The translations under genes and the position numbers were made by a program. 64,000 nucleotides of DNA from an uncultured Clostridia bacterium (GTDB lineage: Bacteria; Bacillota; Clostridia; TANB77; CAG-508). Location: assembly GCA_949948835.1 (NCBI GenBank), contig CATLHF010000003.1, forward strand, positions 11,459-75,458, written 5' to 3'. The notes under the pieces were generated by a model. It was not told where the DNA came from, searched no databases, and saw nothing but the letters and a program-made list of their open reading frames with translations. Below, one piece after another: positions 29,253 through 38,920 of this stretch (the stretch's first letter is position 1; each line of letters opens with the position of its first letter).

Positions 29253-30477
29253 ATGGCAATTATTGTACAAAAATTTGGAGGGAGTTCTGTAGCAGACACA
29301 GACAAATTATTTCGTGTTTGTCGTCATATTATAAAAGAATATGAAAAAGAAAATGATGTAGTAGTCGTTGTATCCGCACAACGGAAAAACAACAGATAAA
29401 TTAATTGAAGAAGAAGCGGAAATTACAAATTTACCAAGCAAACGAGAGCATGATGTATTAGTATCAATAGGAGAACAAATCACAATTGCAAAATTGTGTA
29501 TGTGTTTACAAAAGATGGGGTATGACGCTATATCTTACACTGGATGGCAAATTCCGATTCTTACTAATCACATACATGGAAATGCTAGAATTAAAGAAAT
29601 TGCAACCGACCGAATTAAACAAGATTTAAAGGAAAGAAAAATTGTAGTTGTTGCAGGTTTTCAAGGAATTGATGATGATTTAAATATAACAACATTAGGT
29701 AGGGGAGGCTCAGACACAACAGCAGTAGCATTGGCAGCAGCCTTGAAAGCTAAAAAATGTGACATCTATACAGATGTAGATGGTATTTTCTCCGCTGACC
29801 CAAGAGTTGTAAAAAATGTTTCTAAAATCGAAACAATTTCTTATGATGAAATGCTAGAACTTGCAAGTCTTGGAGCAAAAGTATTACACAATCGATGTGT
29901 AGAAATTGGAAAGAAGTATAATATTCCTATCTATGTAAAATCAACTTTCGAGGAAGAAAGTAGAGGAACATTAGTAACTTCTAACGAATCTATGGAAAAT
30001 TTATGCATTAGTGGAGTTGCAAAAGAAGACCATATTGCAAGAGTCACATTAGTTGGAAAAACCAATAAAATTGGTAGAATTTACAAAGTATTTTGCTTAC
30101 TTGCAAATCATAATATCAATGTTGATATTATTGTTCAAGCTTTTGGAGAACATATTGTAAAAGATATTTCATTTACAGTAAAAGAAAGAGACTTAGAAGA
30201 AACATTATCTATTTTACATGAACAAGCAAGTGAATTTGATATAGAAGAAATTAAATCATCAAAAGGTATGTCTAAAGTATCTATTGTAGGAATTGGGATC
30301 GCAAACAACCCGGGAGTTGCTGCTACATTATTTGAAGTTTTATATGAAAATAATATTAATATGCACATGATAAGCACATCTGAAATTAAGATTTCAGTTT
30401 TAGTAAATAGCAATGTCGCAGAAACGGCATTAAATGCTATTCATAATAAGTTTATAAAAGAGACTATTTTAATTTAA
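29253..30477 (+). CDS. Aspartate kinase (needs a +1 shift at CGG-A 29382)
   Basis: MAIIVQKFGGSSV...VVVVSAQ, then [C]GGA, then GKTTDKLIE..., GGSDTTA and C-terminal ACT domains. The zero frame stops 5 codons after the CGG. Confidence 0.9.
29382..29385 (+). other. Zero-frame CGG-A frame-break site 3 (aspartokinase)
   Basis: gca caa CGG Aaa aac aac aga taa in the zero frame, versus caa [c] GGA aaa aca aca gat aaa, which gives SAQ-G-KTTDK (the conserved SA.GK.TD). Confidence 0.85.
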
Positions 30478-30591
30478 AATGGTCTCTTTTTGTGTCCTTT
30501 TTGTAAATTTCAAATTAAATTAGTTCTAGCAGGTCCAAGTTATGAATATATATAGTTTAGACTGTAATAAATAGGAATGGGGGAAGAAAGC

Positions 30592-30888
30592 ATGACATTA
30601 GAGGAAAGAAAAGGATTAACAAACAATATTGTACAAAATCTTGTATTAGAGAATAGAGGAAAGTTGAGTGTTTCAGGTGTTCTTGATGTACTAAGTTTTG
30701 ATGACCAGATTGTTATTGTTGAAACAGAACTTGGATTGTTAACCGTAAAAGGAGAAGATTTAAGAATAAACAAACTTAGTATTGATACATCAGAAGTCGT
30801 TGTTGAAGGAGATATTTATAATATGGGATATAGTGAAAAAGATATGGATAAAAAAACAGGTAGTTTTTTAGGGAAGATTTTTAAATAG
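30592..30888 (+). CDS. yabP: Sporulation protein YabP
   Basis: LENRGKLSVSGV..V.SFDD..I..ET..G.L.V.GEDL.I..L is the YabP signature. ATG 30592 follows GGGGGAAG; ORF-track start 30577 is also possible. Confidence 0.85.
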   Translation: MTLEERKGLTNNIVQNLVLENRGKLSVSGVLDVLSFDDQIVIVETELGLLTVKGEDLRINKLSIDTSEVVVEGDIYNMGYSEKDMDKKTGSFLGKIFK

Positions 30889-30906
30889 AAAATAGGGTGA
30901 AGAATA

Positions 30907-31396
30907 TTGACGAATCAAGCTTATATATTTATTGTTTTTATTATAAATGGTATTCTTATTGGAATTTTATTTGATTGTTTTCGAGTTCTGCGTAAATCTT
31001 TTAAAACAACCGATATGGTTACTTATATAGAAGATATCCTTTTTTGGATCATAGCAGGCATTATTACATTGTATTTTATTTTCTGCTACAATAATCGGAG
31101 AAATACGTTTTTACATATTTTTAGGAATTATATTAGGAACCTTGCTTTATATACTAACCATTAGCAAATTTTTTATAAGAATTAGTGTTATTATCGTTAC
31201 CTTTTTAAAAACGATAATAAGTAAAATAGTTACCATTGCTATATACCCAATAAAAATCATTTTTCATATCATTCGAAAATTGTTATTTCGACCAATTTCT
31301 TTTATATGTATTAATATTCGAACCTTTTTTATAAAAAACAAATTTAAATTAGGAAACTTGCAAAAATTCTCGAAAAAACAACAAAAAACACAATAA
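30907..31396 (+). CDS. yabQ: Spore cortex biosynthesis protein YabQ (needs a +1 shift at CGG-A 31096)
   Basis: TTG start. It reads ...GILFDCFRVLRK...IAGIITLYFIFCYNN, then [C]GGA, then GEIRFYIFLGIILGTLLYILTIS..., which is collinear with YabQ proteins. It follows yabP as in other sporeformers. Confidence 0.75.
31096..31099 (+). other. Zero-frame CGG-A frame-break site 4 (yabQ)
   Basis: aat aat CGG Aga aat ... tag in the zero frame (stop after 22 codons). aat [c] GGA gaa ata cgt ttt tac gives YNN-G-EIRFY. Confidence 0.75.
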
Positions 31397-31495
31397 TTAA
31401 GAAGGATTTTTGGATTTTATGTAGAAAAATATAAAAGAGATGATTTCCGTAAGGATTTTACACTTTATTTGATAAAATTGGAGAGTAATTTACAG

Positions 31496-31768
31496 ATGAA
31501 AATAAAAAAAATAGTAAAGAAATTTTTTGTTCTTGCAATTTTATTATATGTATCTATTACATTTATTAATCAACAAAAATCATTAAATGCATATAGTAAC
31601 GAGAAATTAGCTTTGAAAGAAAAAATTGAAGCACAAGAAGAACATCATAAAAGTTTATTAGCAACAAAAGAAAATATTAGTTCACCAGAGTATATTGAAC
31701 AGCTAGCCCGTGAAAAATTAGATATGTATTTACCTAATGAGAGAGTATATATAGATATTAGCCAATAA
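31496..31768 (+). CDS. Septum formation initiator (FtsB/DivIC family)
   Basis: Single TM plus coiled coil, and a C-terminal ..YIEQLAREKLDMY.P.E motif. It follows yabP-yabQ as divIC does in Bacillus. Confidence 0.75.
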   Translation: MKIKKIVKKFFVLAILLYVSITFINQQKSLNAYSNEKLALKEKIEAQEEHHKSLLATKENISSPEYIEQLAREKLDMYLPNERVYIDISQ

Positions 31769-31948
31769 TCCATAGGGCTTTAAGCTTTATGGATTTACTT
31801 TCTAATAAAAAACAATTTATTCGATTAGCATTGTATTCTTATTTTTTCCAAAAAATAACAAAATTAAATATAAAATCACTAGTGTTATTCTAAATTATAT
31901 GTTACAATATAATTTAATTGGGAGTAACAAAAAAGGGAGGAACCATAT

Positions 31949-33265
31949 ATGGATTATGAAAACATGTCACTTGCAGAATTAAAAGAGATTGCAAAAGAAA
32001 AACAAATTAAAAACATTTCAAAATATAAAAAAGAAGAATTGGTTGAACTTTTGAAAGAAAGTAAAAATATAACTACTGTGTTAAATGAGTCTGTAACGGA
32101 TTGCAAAAAAACTGATGATTCTTCATATAAAGTTACAAATGATGAAGATCAAATTGTTGAAGGAATTTTAGAAGTTTTACCGGATGGATATGGATTTTTA
32201 AGAGGGGACAACTATCTATCAACACCAAATGATATTTATATTTCTCCCATCCAAATTAGAAGATTTAAATTAGATACAGGAGATAGAATTAAAGGTATCT
32301 CTCGTTTACCAAAAGAAGGAGAAAAATTCCCAGCTCTTATTTTTGTGGGGGAAGTAAATGGAGAAGCTCCTGAAAATGCATATAGAAGGACAAGGTTTGA
32401 TGATCTAATTCCAATCTATCCACAAGAAAGAATTCGTTTAGAAACCACACCAAATGAATATGCAATGCGTTTAATCGACTTAATTTCGCCAATTGGAAAA
32501 GGGCAAAGAGGGATGATTGTTGCACCACCAAAAGTAGGAAAAACGACTTTGTTAAAAAAAATAGCAAATAGTATTAGTCAAAATAATCCAGAAGTAGAGC
32601 TAATTGTGTTGTTAATTGATGAAAGACCAGAAGAAGTAACAGATATGAAACGTTCTATTCAAGGAGAAGTTATTTATTCTACATTTGATGAATTACCAGA
32701 ACATCATGTAAAAGTTGCAGAAATGGTATTAGAACGTGCTAAAAGGTTAACAGAACAAAAGAAAGATGTTGTTATTTTATTAGATAGTATTACAAGACTT
32801 GCAAGGGCATATAACTTAGTAATCCCATCATCTGGAAGAACTTTATCTGGAGGTTTTGACCCAAGTGCATTACACAAACCAAAAAAATTCTTTGGAGCGG
32901 CAAGAAACATAGAAAATGGGGGAAGCTTAACTATTTTAGCATCTGCATTAATTGAAACAGGAAGTAGAATGGATGAGGTTATCTTTGAAGAGTTCAAAGG
33001 AACAGGTAATATGGAAGTACACTTAGACCGTTCATTATCTGAAAAACGTATTTTCCCAGCAATTGACATTAATAAATCTGGAACAAGACGTGAAGACTTA
33101 CTGCTAGACCCAAAAGAATTAGAAACCGTATTCGCACTAAGAAAAGCATTATCAACCATGACAGTTGCAGAAGTAACAGAACAATTAATTGGACAACTAA
33201 CATCTACCAAAACAAATGCAGATTTCTTAGTAAGAATGGAATTTTTCTTGAGACAATTTAAATAA
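31949..33265 (+). CDS. rho: Transcription termination factor Rho
   Basis: N-terminal [26 protein letters not shown], Walker [11 protein letters not shown], and [13 protein letters not shown]. Confidence 0.96.
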   Translation: MDYENMSLAELKEIAKEKQIKNISKYKKEELVELLKESKNITTVLNESVTDCKKTDDSSYKVTNDEDQIVEGILEVLPDGYGFLRGDNYLSTPNDIYISPIQIRRFKLDTGDRIKGISRLPKEGEKFPALIFVGEVNGEAPENAYRRTRFDDLIPIYPQERIRLETTPNEYAMRLIDLISPIGKGQRGMIVAPPKVGKTTLLKKIANSISQNNPEVELIVLLIDERPEEVTDMKRSIQGEVIYSTFDELPEHHVKVAEMVLERAKRLTEQKKDVVILLDSITRLARAYNLVIPSSGRTLSGGFDPSALHKPKKFFGAARNIENGGSLTILASALIETGSRMDEVIFEEFKGTGNMEVHLDRSLSEKRIFPAIDINKSGTRREDLLLDPKELETVFALRKALSTMTVAEVTEQLIGQLTSTKTNADFLVRMEFFLRQFK

Positions 33266-33494
33266 AATTTAAATGTTAATATTTATAAATGATAGGCAGA
33301 GAAGAGAAGCAAAATCAAATTTTCTGCTTATGATTTATAAATATTATACTTTACACAAAATGAAACTTTTGTGCAAACAGAGACAGGAAAAAATGATATA
33401 TGCATCTTAATATAGTCCTATCTTCAAAAATCTCGCTTTTCCCTTAATAAAGCTTATTTCGACTTATTATTCTTTATTACTCTATAATAAAATC

Positions 33495-33882
33495 GCTTTA
33501 AAATCGATTTTGACGCTTTATTATTTTATGCTAATAATTCAATTGTTACATTAGTGATTTCGAAATTTAATATGTATCTTAAATTTTTTAATATTAAACA
33601 ATTATATACTATTTTTATCAAAAATCTGCAAAACCGCTCGATGTCTACATTTGCCGTATTTTTTAGACAACAAACTATATGTCTAAAAAATAAAAACGGC
33701 TTAAAATCAATTCTGGTGCGTCGTTTTTTAGCCATTTTTCAGTACTTTTGGCAAATGCATAAAAATCAAGATTCTTACCAAAATTATATTATAAAGATGA
33801 CATTTTATAATATGCACATCAAATTTAAAACACATAAACTGTTGGATAAATTATTAAAATGTCTTAAAATTGATTTTGAAGC
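33495..33882. repeat. Three dispersed copies of a palindrome-containing motif C-TT(T)AAAAT(C/T)(G/A)ATT(T/C)TG..GC
   Basis: Copies: 33495-33516 gctttaaaatcgattttgacgc; 33698-33719 ggcttaaaatcaattctggtgc; 33860-33882 tgtcttaaaattgattttgaagc. The core of copy 1 is the perfect 12-bp palindrome AAAATCGATTTT. Confidence 0.6.
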
Positions 33883-34221
33883 TTCATAATGTGAAATTAT
33901 ATTATAGAATTAGTAATCTAAATTTATATAATTATTATATAGAATTTTATCAATCATTTATAAAATTCTAATAAAAATTTTTATTTACAAATAGTTATAA
34001 CAAATGTTCGCTTTTTTGAAATTTATATATAAAATTAACTTTACACAAAATTTTAATCAAAATCTAATTATAAAGTTTTTACAATTTTAAATTTAAAGTT
34101 TTATTTAATTTTTCTGTTTTTAAGATATTCTATGTTTAATTTTTTTCTTCATATCTAATTTTTACTTAAAAAATTTATTTTAAAATTGTATTTTCCCTAA
34201 AATAGCCTATTCCTCTATTCC

Positions 34222-35361
34222 CTACTTAGATTCCCATATTTCATGCTCATTGTGTTGCTCTATAGTTTTATTTGGCTTTGTCAAGATATTTTTTGATGGC
34301 GCTAATTTTTTTCGTACATCTAATATTGCAATATGTATATACATTTGAATAGTATCTGTATATACATGATTATTTATAAAATCATTTGCTATTTTAAATT
34401 CGTTATCTGTAAAACAAATTATTAGATAAAATGCATTTCTACAACCACTATACCTCATATAGTCACACAATTGATTTTCATATCCTGTTTTTAAATATGA
34501 ACTGTTAGCTTTTTTCACTTCAATTAAGATTTTTTCGTCTTTTTGGTTGCTTCTAAATAGTTTAAAATCAACTTGCCCATTTTTTACTAATACTTCTCTA
34601 GAAATGTCTACTTCTTTTCCAATAAAGTATGCATCCATAATATTTTCTATAATTATATGTATTTTCTTCTCATTTACTTGCTTATCATGTTCCCAAAACA
34701 TCTCTGATAAACTTCCATTATTAATCCTTTGTTGCAAATAATCGAATAAATCACTAATTTCACCTGTTAATGTTATATTATTGCTTTTATATTGTTTTTG
34801 AATGTCAATTGGTAAAATTTCAAAATAATAGTCCAAATTAATTCCTAGTAATCTTGCAATAGTTGGCATGTTAGCTTTTTGTTCATTATACAAATATGGT
34901 AGTTCAACAAAGTCTATATCTTCAAAAATTTCATCACATATATAGTCTGGATTATAATAATCTTCTTTAAGCTCTTGTATTGTAAATTCTTTTAAATCTT
35001 TTTTATCTTTTCTTGCAGAGTCTTCAATTTCTTCTCTTAATTTCTTATCATAATATTTCTTTTCAAAATTTTCCTGCATATCTTCCTTAATATTACTCAT
35101 TTCCATCAAAAAGTAATATAGTGCCACTTCATGAAAAGCAGTTAATTCATGCCAAAAACAGTCATCTGTCCACTCATATAAATCTTTAAATACTTCTATA
35201 CATTTTTTATATTGTTCTCTAAATAAATATTTAGGCATATAACTTTCTATTGTATCTCCTATATCAATTTCTAAATCTCCAAATATTTCTACTTCCAAAT
35301 AGTTATGAATTATTCTACAATATATTTCAGATCTATGCGTATTTAAAATAATCATTTTCAT
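34222..35361 (-). CDS. Hypothetical protein with a C-terminal PD-(D/E)xK-like nuclease motif
   Basis: 379 aa. It has GQVDFKLFRSNQKDEKILIEVKK (D...E.K spacing) and lies directly downstream of the Fic gene. No family recognised. Confidence 0.4.
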   Translation of the reverse strand: MKMIILNTHRSEIYCRIIHNYLEVEIFGDLEIDIGDTIESYMPKYLFREQYKKCIEVFKDLYEWTDDCFWHELTAFHEVALYYFLMEMSNIKEDMQENFEKKYYDKKLREEIEDSARKDKKDLKEFTIQELKEDYYNPDYICDEIFEDIDFVELPYLYNEQKANMPTIARLLGINLDYYFEILPIDIQKQYKSNNITLTGEISDLFDYLQQRINNGSLSEMFWEHDKQVNEKKIHIIIENIMDAYFIGKEVDISREVLVKNGQVDFKLFRSNQKDEKILIEVKKANSSYLKTGYENQLCDYMRYSGCRNAFYLIICFTDNEFKIANDFINNHVYTDTIQMYIHIAILDVRKKLAPSKNILTKPNKTIEQHNEHEIWESK

Positions 35362-35394
35362 TTTTCCTTTCTATATTACATTTTTGTATCTAAA

Positions 35395-36448
35395 TTAATT
35401 TTCAGATAACAAACTTATCAATATAGTATTTTTATATATCTTTTCGCTACCTATTTTTTCAGATTCCAAAAGTCCAATTTCTTCTAATTGATTTAAATAT
35501 GAGGTTGCAGTAATTCTTGTTACATCACATGCTTTTTCTATATACGATATTTTTGTATATACTTCATAAAATAAACTTTCTAATAGTTCTTTTGAGTAAA
35601 TTTTAGGTAGTTTACTTCTAAATTCTTCTTTGTAGTTTTTCATCTCAGCTTGAATCTTTTCAATCAGTTCTATCGTTTCTTTAGAAGTAATTTCTATTCC
35701 CTTTAAAATATATAAAATCCAATCTTCAAAATTATTATTATCTCTAACTTCTTTAAATAACTTGTAGTATTCTTGTTTTGTCTTATTTATATATTTACTT
35801 AAATACAAAATTGGACTATCAATTAGTTTATTTAAGACAAGATACAAAATGTTCAATATTCTTCCAGTTCTTCCATTTCCATCATAAAAAGGATGAATAC
35901 TTTCAAATTGGTAATGTATCAAACAAACTTTTATTAATGGATCTACGCCATCTTCATTATTATTAATAAAATCTTCTAAATTTTTTAGATATGTTCTTAT
36001 TTCTTCTTCATTTTGAGGAGGTGTATATATTGTTTCTCTAGTAATAGAATTTTTTAATTCAGTCCATGGTAATTTTCTAATTCCAGCATTATTATGTTCA
36101 ATAGTTCCTTGAATTTTAATAATAGTATTTGTATTAATATATCTATCTCTTTTTATCTGTTCATAGCCAATCCAAATAGCATTTCTATAATCTACGACTT
36201 CTTTTGCATTTTCCTCTTTATAACCACTTTCTGTAAGTACTTTATAAATGTCATCATGAGTTGTAACAATATTTTCAATAGCACTACTATCTTTGGCTTC
36301 ATTAATAGTTACAGCATTTATGCATATTGGGAATAGTATTAGCATAACCTTTTAATTCTGCTAATGCTCTTGATGATAAAGTTAATTGTTCTAAAATTTT
36401 ATTTGTTTTTAAATTAATATTTTTATATGGCAACATTTCTAAATTCAT
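35395..36448 (-). pseudogene. Fic/DOC family protein, N-terminal Fic_N segment out of frame
   Basis: HPFYDGNGRTGRIL matches the Fic motif HxFx(D/E)GNGRxxR. The N-terminal piece MNLEMLPYKNINLKTNKILEQLTLSSRALAELKGYANTIPN (from ATG 36448) is in another frame from ...INAVTINEAKDSSAIENIVTT. One extra base lies near 36318-36330, and it is not a CGG-A site. Confidence 0.7.
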
Positions 36449-36627
36449 ATTTTTTTCTCCATATATATAAAATATCACATTTTTTATACATTTTCAATAA
36501 ATATGTATATCTTGTTGTCAATATTGTATAAAAGCCAGCTAATAAAATTACATTAGTTGGCTTTTATAAGGATAACTGAAAAATAAATGATTAACTTATT
36601 AGTGACAAGAATTATCAAACGTACACT

Positions 36628-36780
36628 TCAAAACATTTTTCTCTCTGAATCAGTAAAAAAGTCCGAACGTATCGACCGCTTTGGTTTATAGTTGTCAGGT
36701 ACGACAAGACCTGGCATGAGAAAACTCGAAGTTTGTTTTCGGCTTTTCTCTTTTTTACCTTTCTTTTTATTCTTGCTCAT
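36628..36780 (-). CDS. Hypothetical small basic protein (50 aa)
   Basis: RBS GGAGGAAGAA before ATG. It reads MSKNKKKGKKEKSRKQTSSFLMPGLVVPDNYKPKRSIRSDFFTDSERKMF. G+C is elevated. A hairpin terminator lies at 36529-36565. It contains a zero-frame CGG-U. Confidence 0.45.
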   Translation of the reverse strand: MSKNKKKGKKEKSRKQTSSFLMPGLVVPDNYKPKRSIRSDFFTDSERKMF

Positions 36781-36987
36781 TTCTTCCTCCTTTATTTCTG
36801 CAAAACCCTTCAGTTACATAATTATTATATCAATTCAGAAACATTATGTCAATATACATAAATAAAAGAAAGCCCAAGACCTTTAATGTCAATTTTATTA
36901 ATTTTGTGAAAAGCATTGTACAATCTTTTTCGCTTGATGTATAATAGTGATAGTAAATATTTTATTCATGATGATAGGGGGTTTTAT

Positions 36988-37962
36988 ATGATACAGCGTG
37001 AAGATAATCCAGATTATCTAAATTCTTTTTTAGATTATTCGATAACAATATTAAATAAATCGCCAAATAGTATAAAAGAATATAATTATGACCTTGCTAC
37101 TTTTTTAAAATTTATTAAAAAACATTTCGGACTAACCGACGAATCAGATTATAGCAAAGTAGAAATTAAAGATTTACCTATTAGTATAATTAAAAAGATT
37201 ACATTAAACGATATTCATGCTTTTATTTCTTATCTAGCAACTGAACTTCATAGTAAATCTGCTACTAGAGCTAGAAAGGTTTCAAGCATTCGTGTGTTTT
37301 TTAAATACTTATCTTCAAAAGCAAAATTAATCGAAATAAACCCTGCACAAGATTTGGAAACACCAAAACTTGATAAACGTACACCCAAATATTTAACATT
37401 AGAAGATAGCAAAAAATTGCTTGATGTTGCAGGCAATGAAGATAATCGAAACAATGAACGAGATTATGCTATTACTACTTTATTTTTAAATTGTGGTATG
37501 CGTCTGTCAGAACTTGTTAATATAAATATAAAAGATATTCAATTTGATGATTGTAAAATGACCGTTATTGGTAAAGGTAATAAAGAACGTACTATTTACT
37601 TAAATAATGCCTGTATGAGAGCAATTGCAAACTACTTAGAAGTTCGCCCGAAAGAAGGAATTGATTATAAATCCAAAGATGCCCTATTTTTAAGTGAACG
37701 ACGAGAGCGTATTAGTAATCGAACTGTTCAATATATTGTAAAAAAGGAATTAAAAAAAGCAGGACTTGATACTAGCAAATACTCTGTTCACAAATTAAGA
37801 CATACTGCTGCAACTTTAATGTATCAGTATGGTAATGTTGATATTCGTGCTCTTCAAGAATTATTGGGACATGCTAGTATTTCTACTACAGAAATTTACA
37901 CTCATGTTGTTAATGAACAAGTTCGTAATGCTGTGGAAAGTAATCCTTTGGCTAATTTATAA
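36988..37962 (+). CDS. Tyrosine recombinase, XerC/XerD family
   Basis: N-terminal SAM-like domain (LNSFLDYS...KSPNSIKEY..DL..F), the catalytic ..R..E.., HKLRHTAAT, LLGH and a terminal Y (EIYTHV). The start is placed at ATG 36988 after AGGGGG. Confidence 0.85.
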   Translation: MIQREDNPDYLNSFLDYSITILNKSPNSIKEYNYDLATFLKFIKKHFGLTDESDYSKVEIKDLPISIIKKITLNDIHAFISYLATELHSKSATRARKVSSIRVFFKYLSSKAKLIEINPAQDLETPKLDKRTPKYLTLEDSKKLLDVAGNEDNRNNERDYAITTLFLNCGMRLSELVNINIKDIQFDDCKMTVIGKGNKERTIYLNNACMRAIANYLEVRPKEGIDYKSKDALFLSERRERISNRTVQYIVKKELKKAGLDTSKYSVHKLRHTAATLMYQYGNVDIRALQELLGHASISTTEIYTHVVNEQVRNAVESNPLANL

Positions 37963-37969
37963 ATGAAAA

Positions 37970-38016
37970 GAAAACCGCCACTGATTAAACATAATCGAAT
38001 GGCGGTTTTCTTTTTT
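37970..38016. terminator. Terminator after the recombinase gene
   Basis: GAAAACCGCCA ...19 nt... TGGCGGTTTTC followed by T6. Confidence 0.75.
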
Positions 38017-38314
38017 AGAATTTCACGGGTAAATAGGCTTTTGCAAGAATCGGAACTTCCCCAAATTCTTTCACTTCAATTTGAACAATTTCTCCAAGTC
38101 TTTCTTGTGCCTTTAAGAAAGTAACTTTTGCCTGCAACACTTCATTGTCTATTGTAATAGGCATGTCTAATGTTGCATTAATGGCTGTTGTCTTGTATGG
38201 AGCTCCTGTCTTTACGTTTTCTGCAAATTTTGGAAATTCTATTGTGATAGAATCCCAAACATCTACATAGAACTTTTCAAGCATTTCCCGTGCTTCCAAT
38301 ACATCTTTTAACAT
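38015..38314 (-). CDS. Hypothetical protein (99 aa)
   Basis: RBS AAGGAGGAG. No family recognised. It contains a zero-frame CGG-G (38288-38290). Confidence 0.5.
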   Translation of the reverse strand: MLKDVLEAREMLEKFYVDVWDSITIEFPKFAENVKTGAPYKTTAINATLDMPITIDNEVLQAKVTFLKAQERLGEIVQIEVKEFGEVPILAKAYLPVKF

Positions 38315-38441
38315 TTTAACTCCTCCTTAAATATTACCAGAGGATATTAATGCCTCTAGCAATATAGATACTAAAAGCATTATATGCTTTGTGAACGGTT
38401 CTTTTGCTATTATACTATATTTATGTAAATTATGCAATATG

Positions 38442-38744
38442 TTACAATTCTTTAATTTTTAGTTCTTGATTTATTTTTAAATCACTATTTGTCATATGAT
38501 TTATTTTTTTAATTTCATCTACAATGCTTCGAATATTTTTATCTTTATAATATTCATTTGAATTTTGTTCTTCTTTTGCAATACTCCATAAAGTATCTCC
38601 ACTTATTACATATATTGTTTTATATTTACTTTCTGTATGTGAAAAACTCTTACTACTTATGATAAAGCTAATTCCAATAATCAATAAAAATATTAGTAAT
38701 ATACTCCTTACAAATTTTCTTCTATTAACAATCTTTAAATTCAT
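38442..38744 (-). CDS. LysM-domain membrane protein, YneA-like (candidate SOS cell-division inhibitor)
   Basis: N-terminal TM plus LysM (YVISGDTLWSIAKEE...). A strong promoter and a LexA-box-like sequence lie upstream. Confidence 0.55.
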   Translation of the reverse strand: MNLKIVNRRKFVRSILLIFLLIIGISFIISSKSFSHTESKYKTIYVISGDTLWSIAKEEQNSNEYYKDKNIRSIVDEIKKINHMTNSDLKINQELKIKEL

Positions 38745-38788
38745 TTATATTTCCCCCTTTTATGAATGCTTTTTGTATTATTTAATAC

Positions 38789-38802
38789 CGAACATTCATT
38801 CT
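38789..38802 (-). promoter_or_regulatory. Candidate LexA (Cheo) box
   Basis: On the coding strand it reads AGAATGAATGTTCG, against the consensus CGAAC-N4-GTTCG. The right half is perfect and the left half has mismatches. It lies between the -10 element and the RBS of the yneA-like gene. Confidence 0.4.
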
Positions 38803-38812
38803 TTGTGAGTTT

Positions 38813-38841
38813 ATTATAAACAAACAAAAGTTTCTTGTCAA
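38813..38841 (-). promoter_or_regulatory. SigmaA promoter TTGACA-17-TATAAT of the LysM gene
   Basis: Both hexamers are perfect consensus on the minus strand. Confidence 0.65.
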
Positions 38842-38920
38842 TACTTTTTTTAAAAAAAGTGAAAAAATGTTCGTATAAGAAAAGAATGTAGAAAATACTA
38901 TCTACATTCTTTTCTTATAT

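Noticed and set aside
32704-33210. 168-aa minus-strand ORF inside rho
   Set aside because: It is an antisense shadow of rho.
33526-33889. ORFs 33526..33735 (-) and 33554..33889 (+) in the AT-rich spacer
   Set aside because: They are mutually overlapping, lack an RBS and give low-complexity Asn/Ile/Lys/Phe translations. This is expected by chance in DNA with so few G/C bases.
36318-36330. Fic frameshift as another recoding site
   Set aside because: It also requires +1, but the context (CCC AAT ATG C ATA) has no CGG-A. It lies in a dispensable accessory gene next to other decayed toxin genes, so ordinary mutation or error is more likely.
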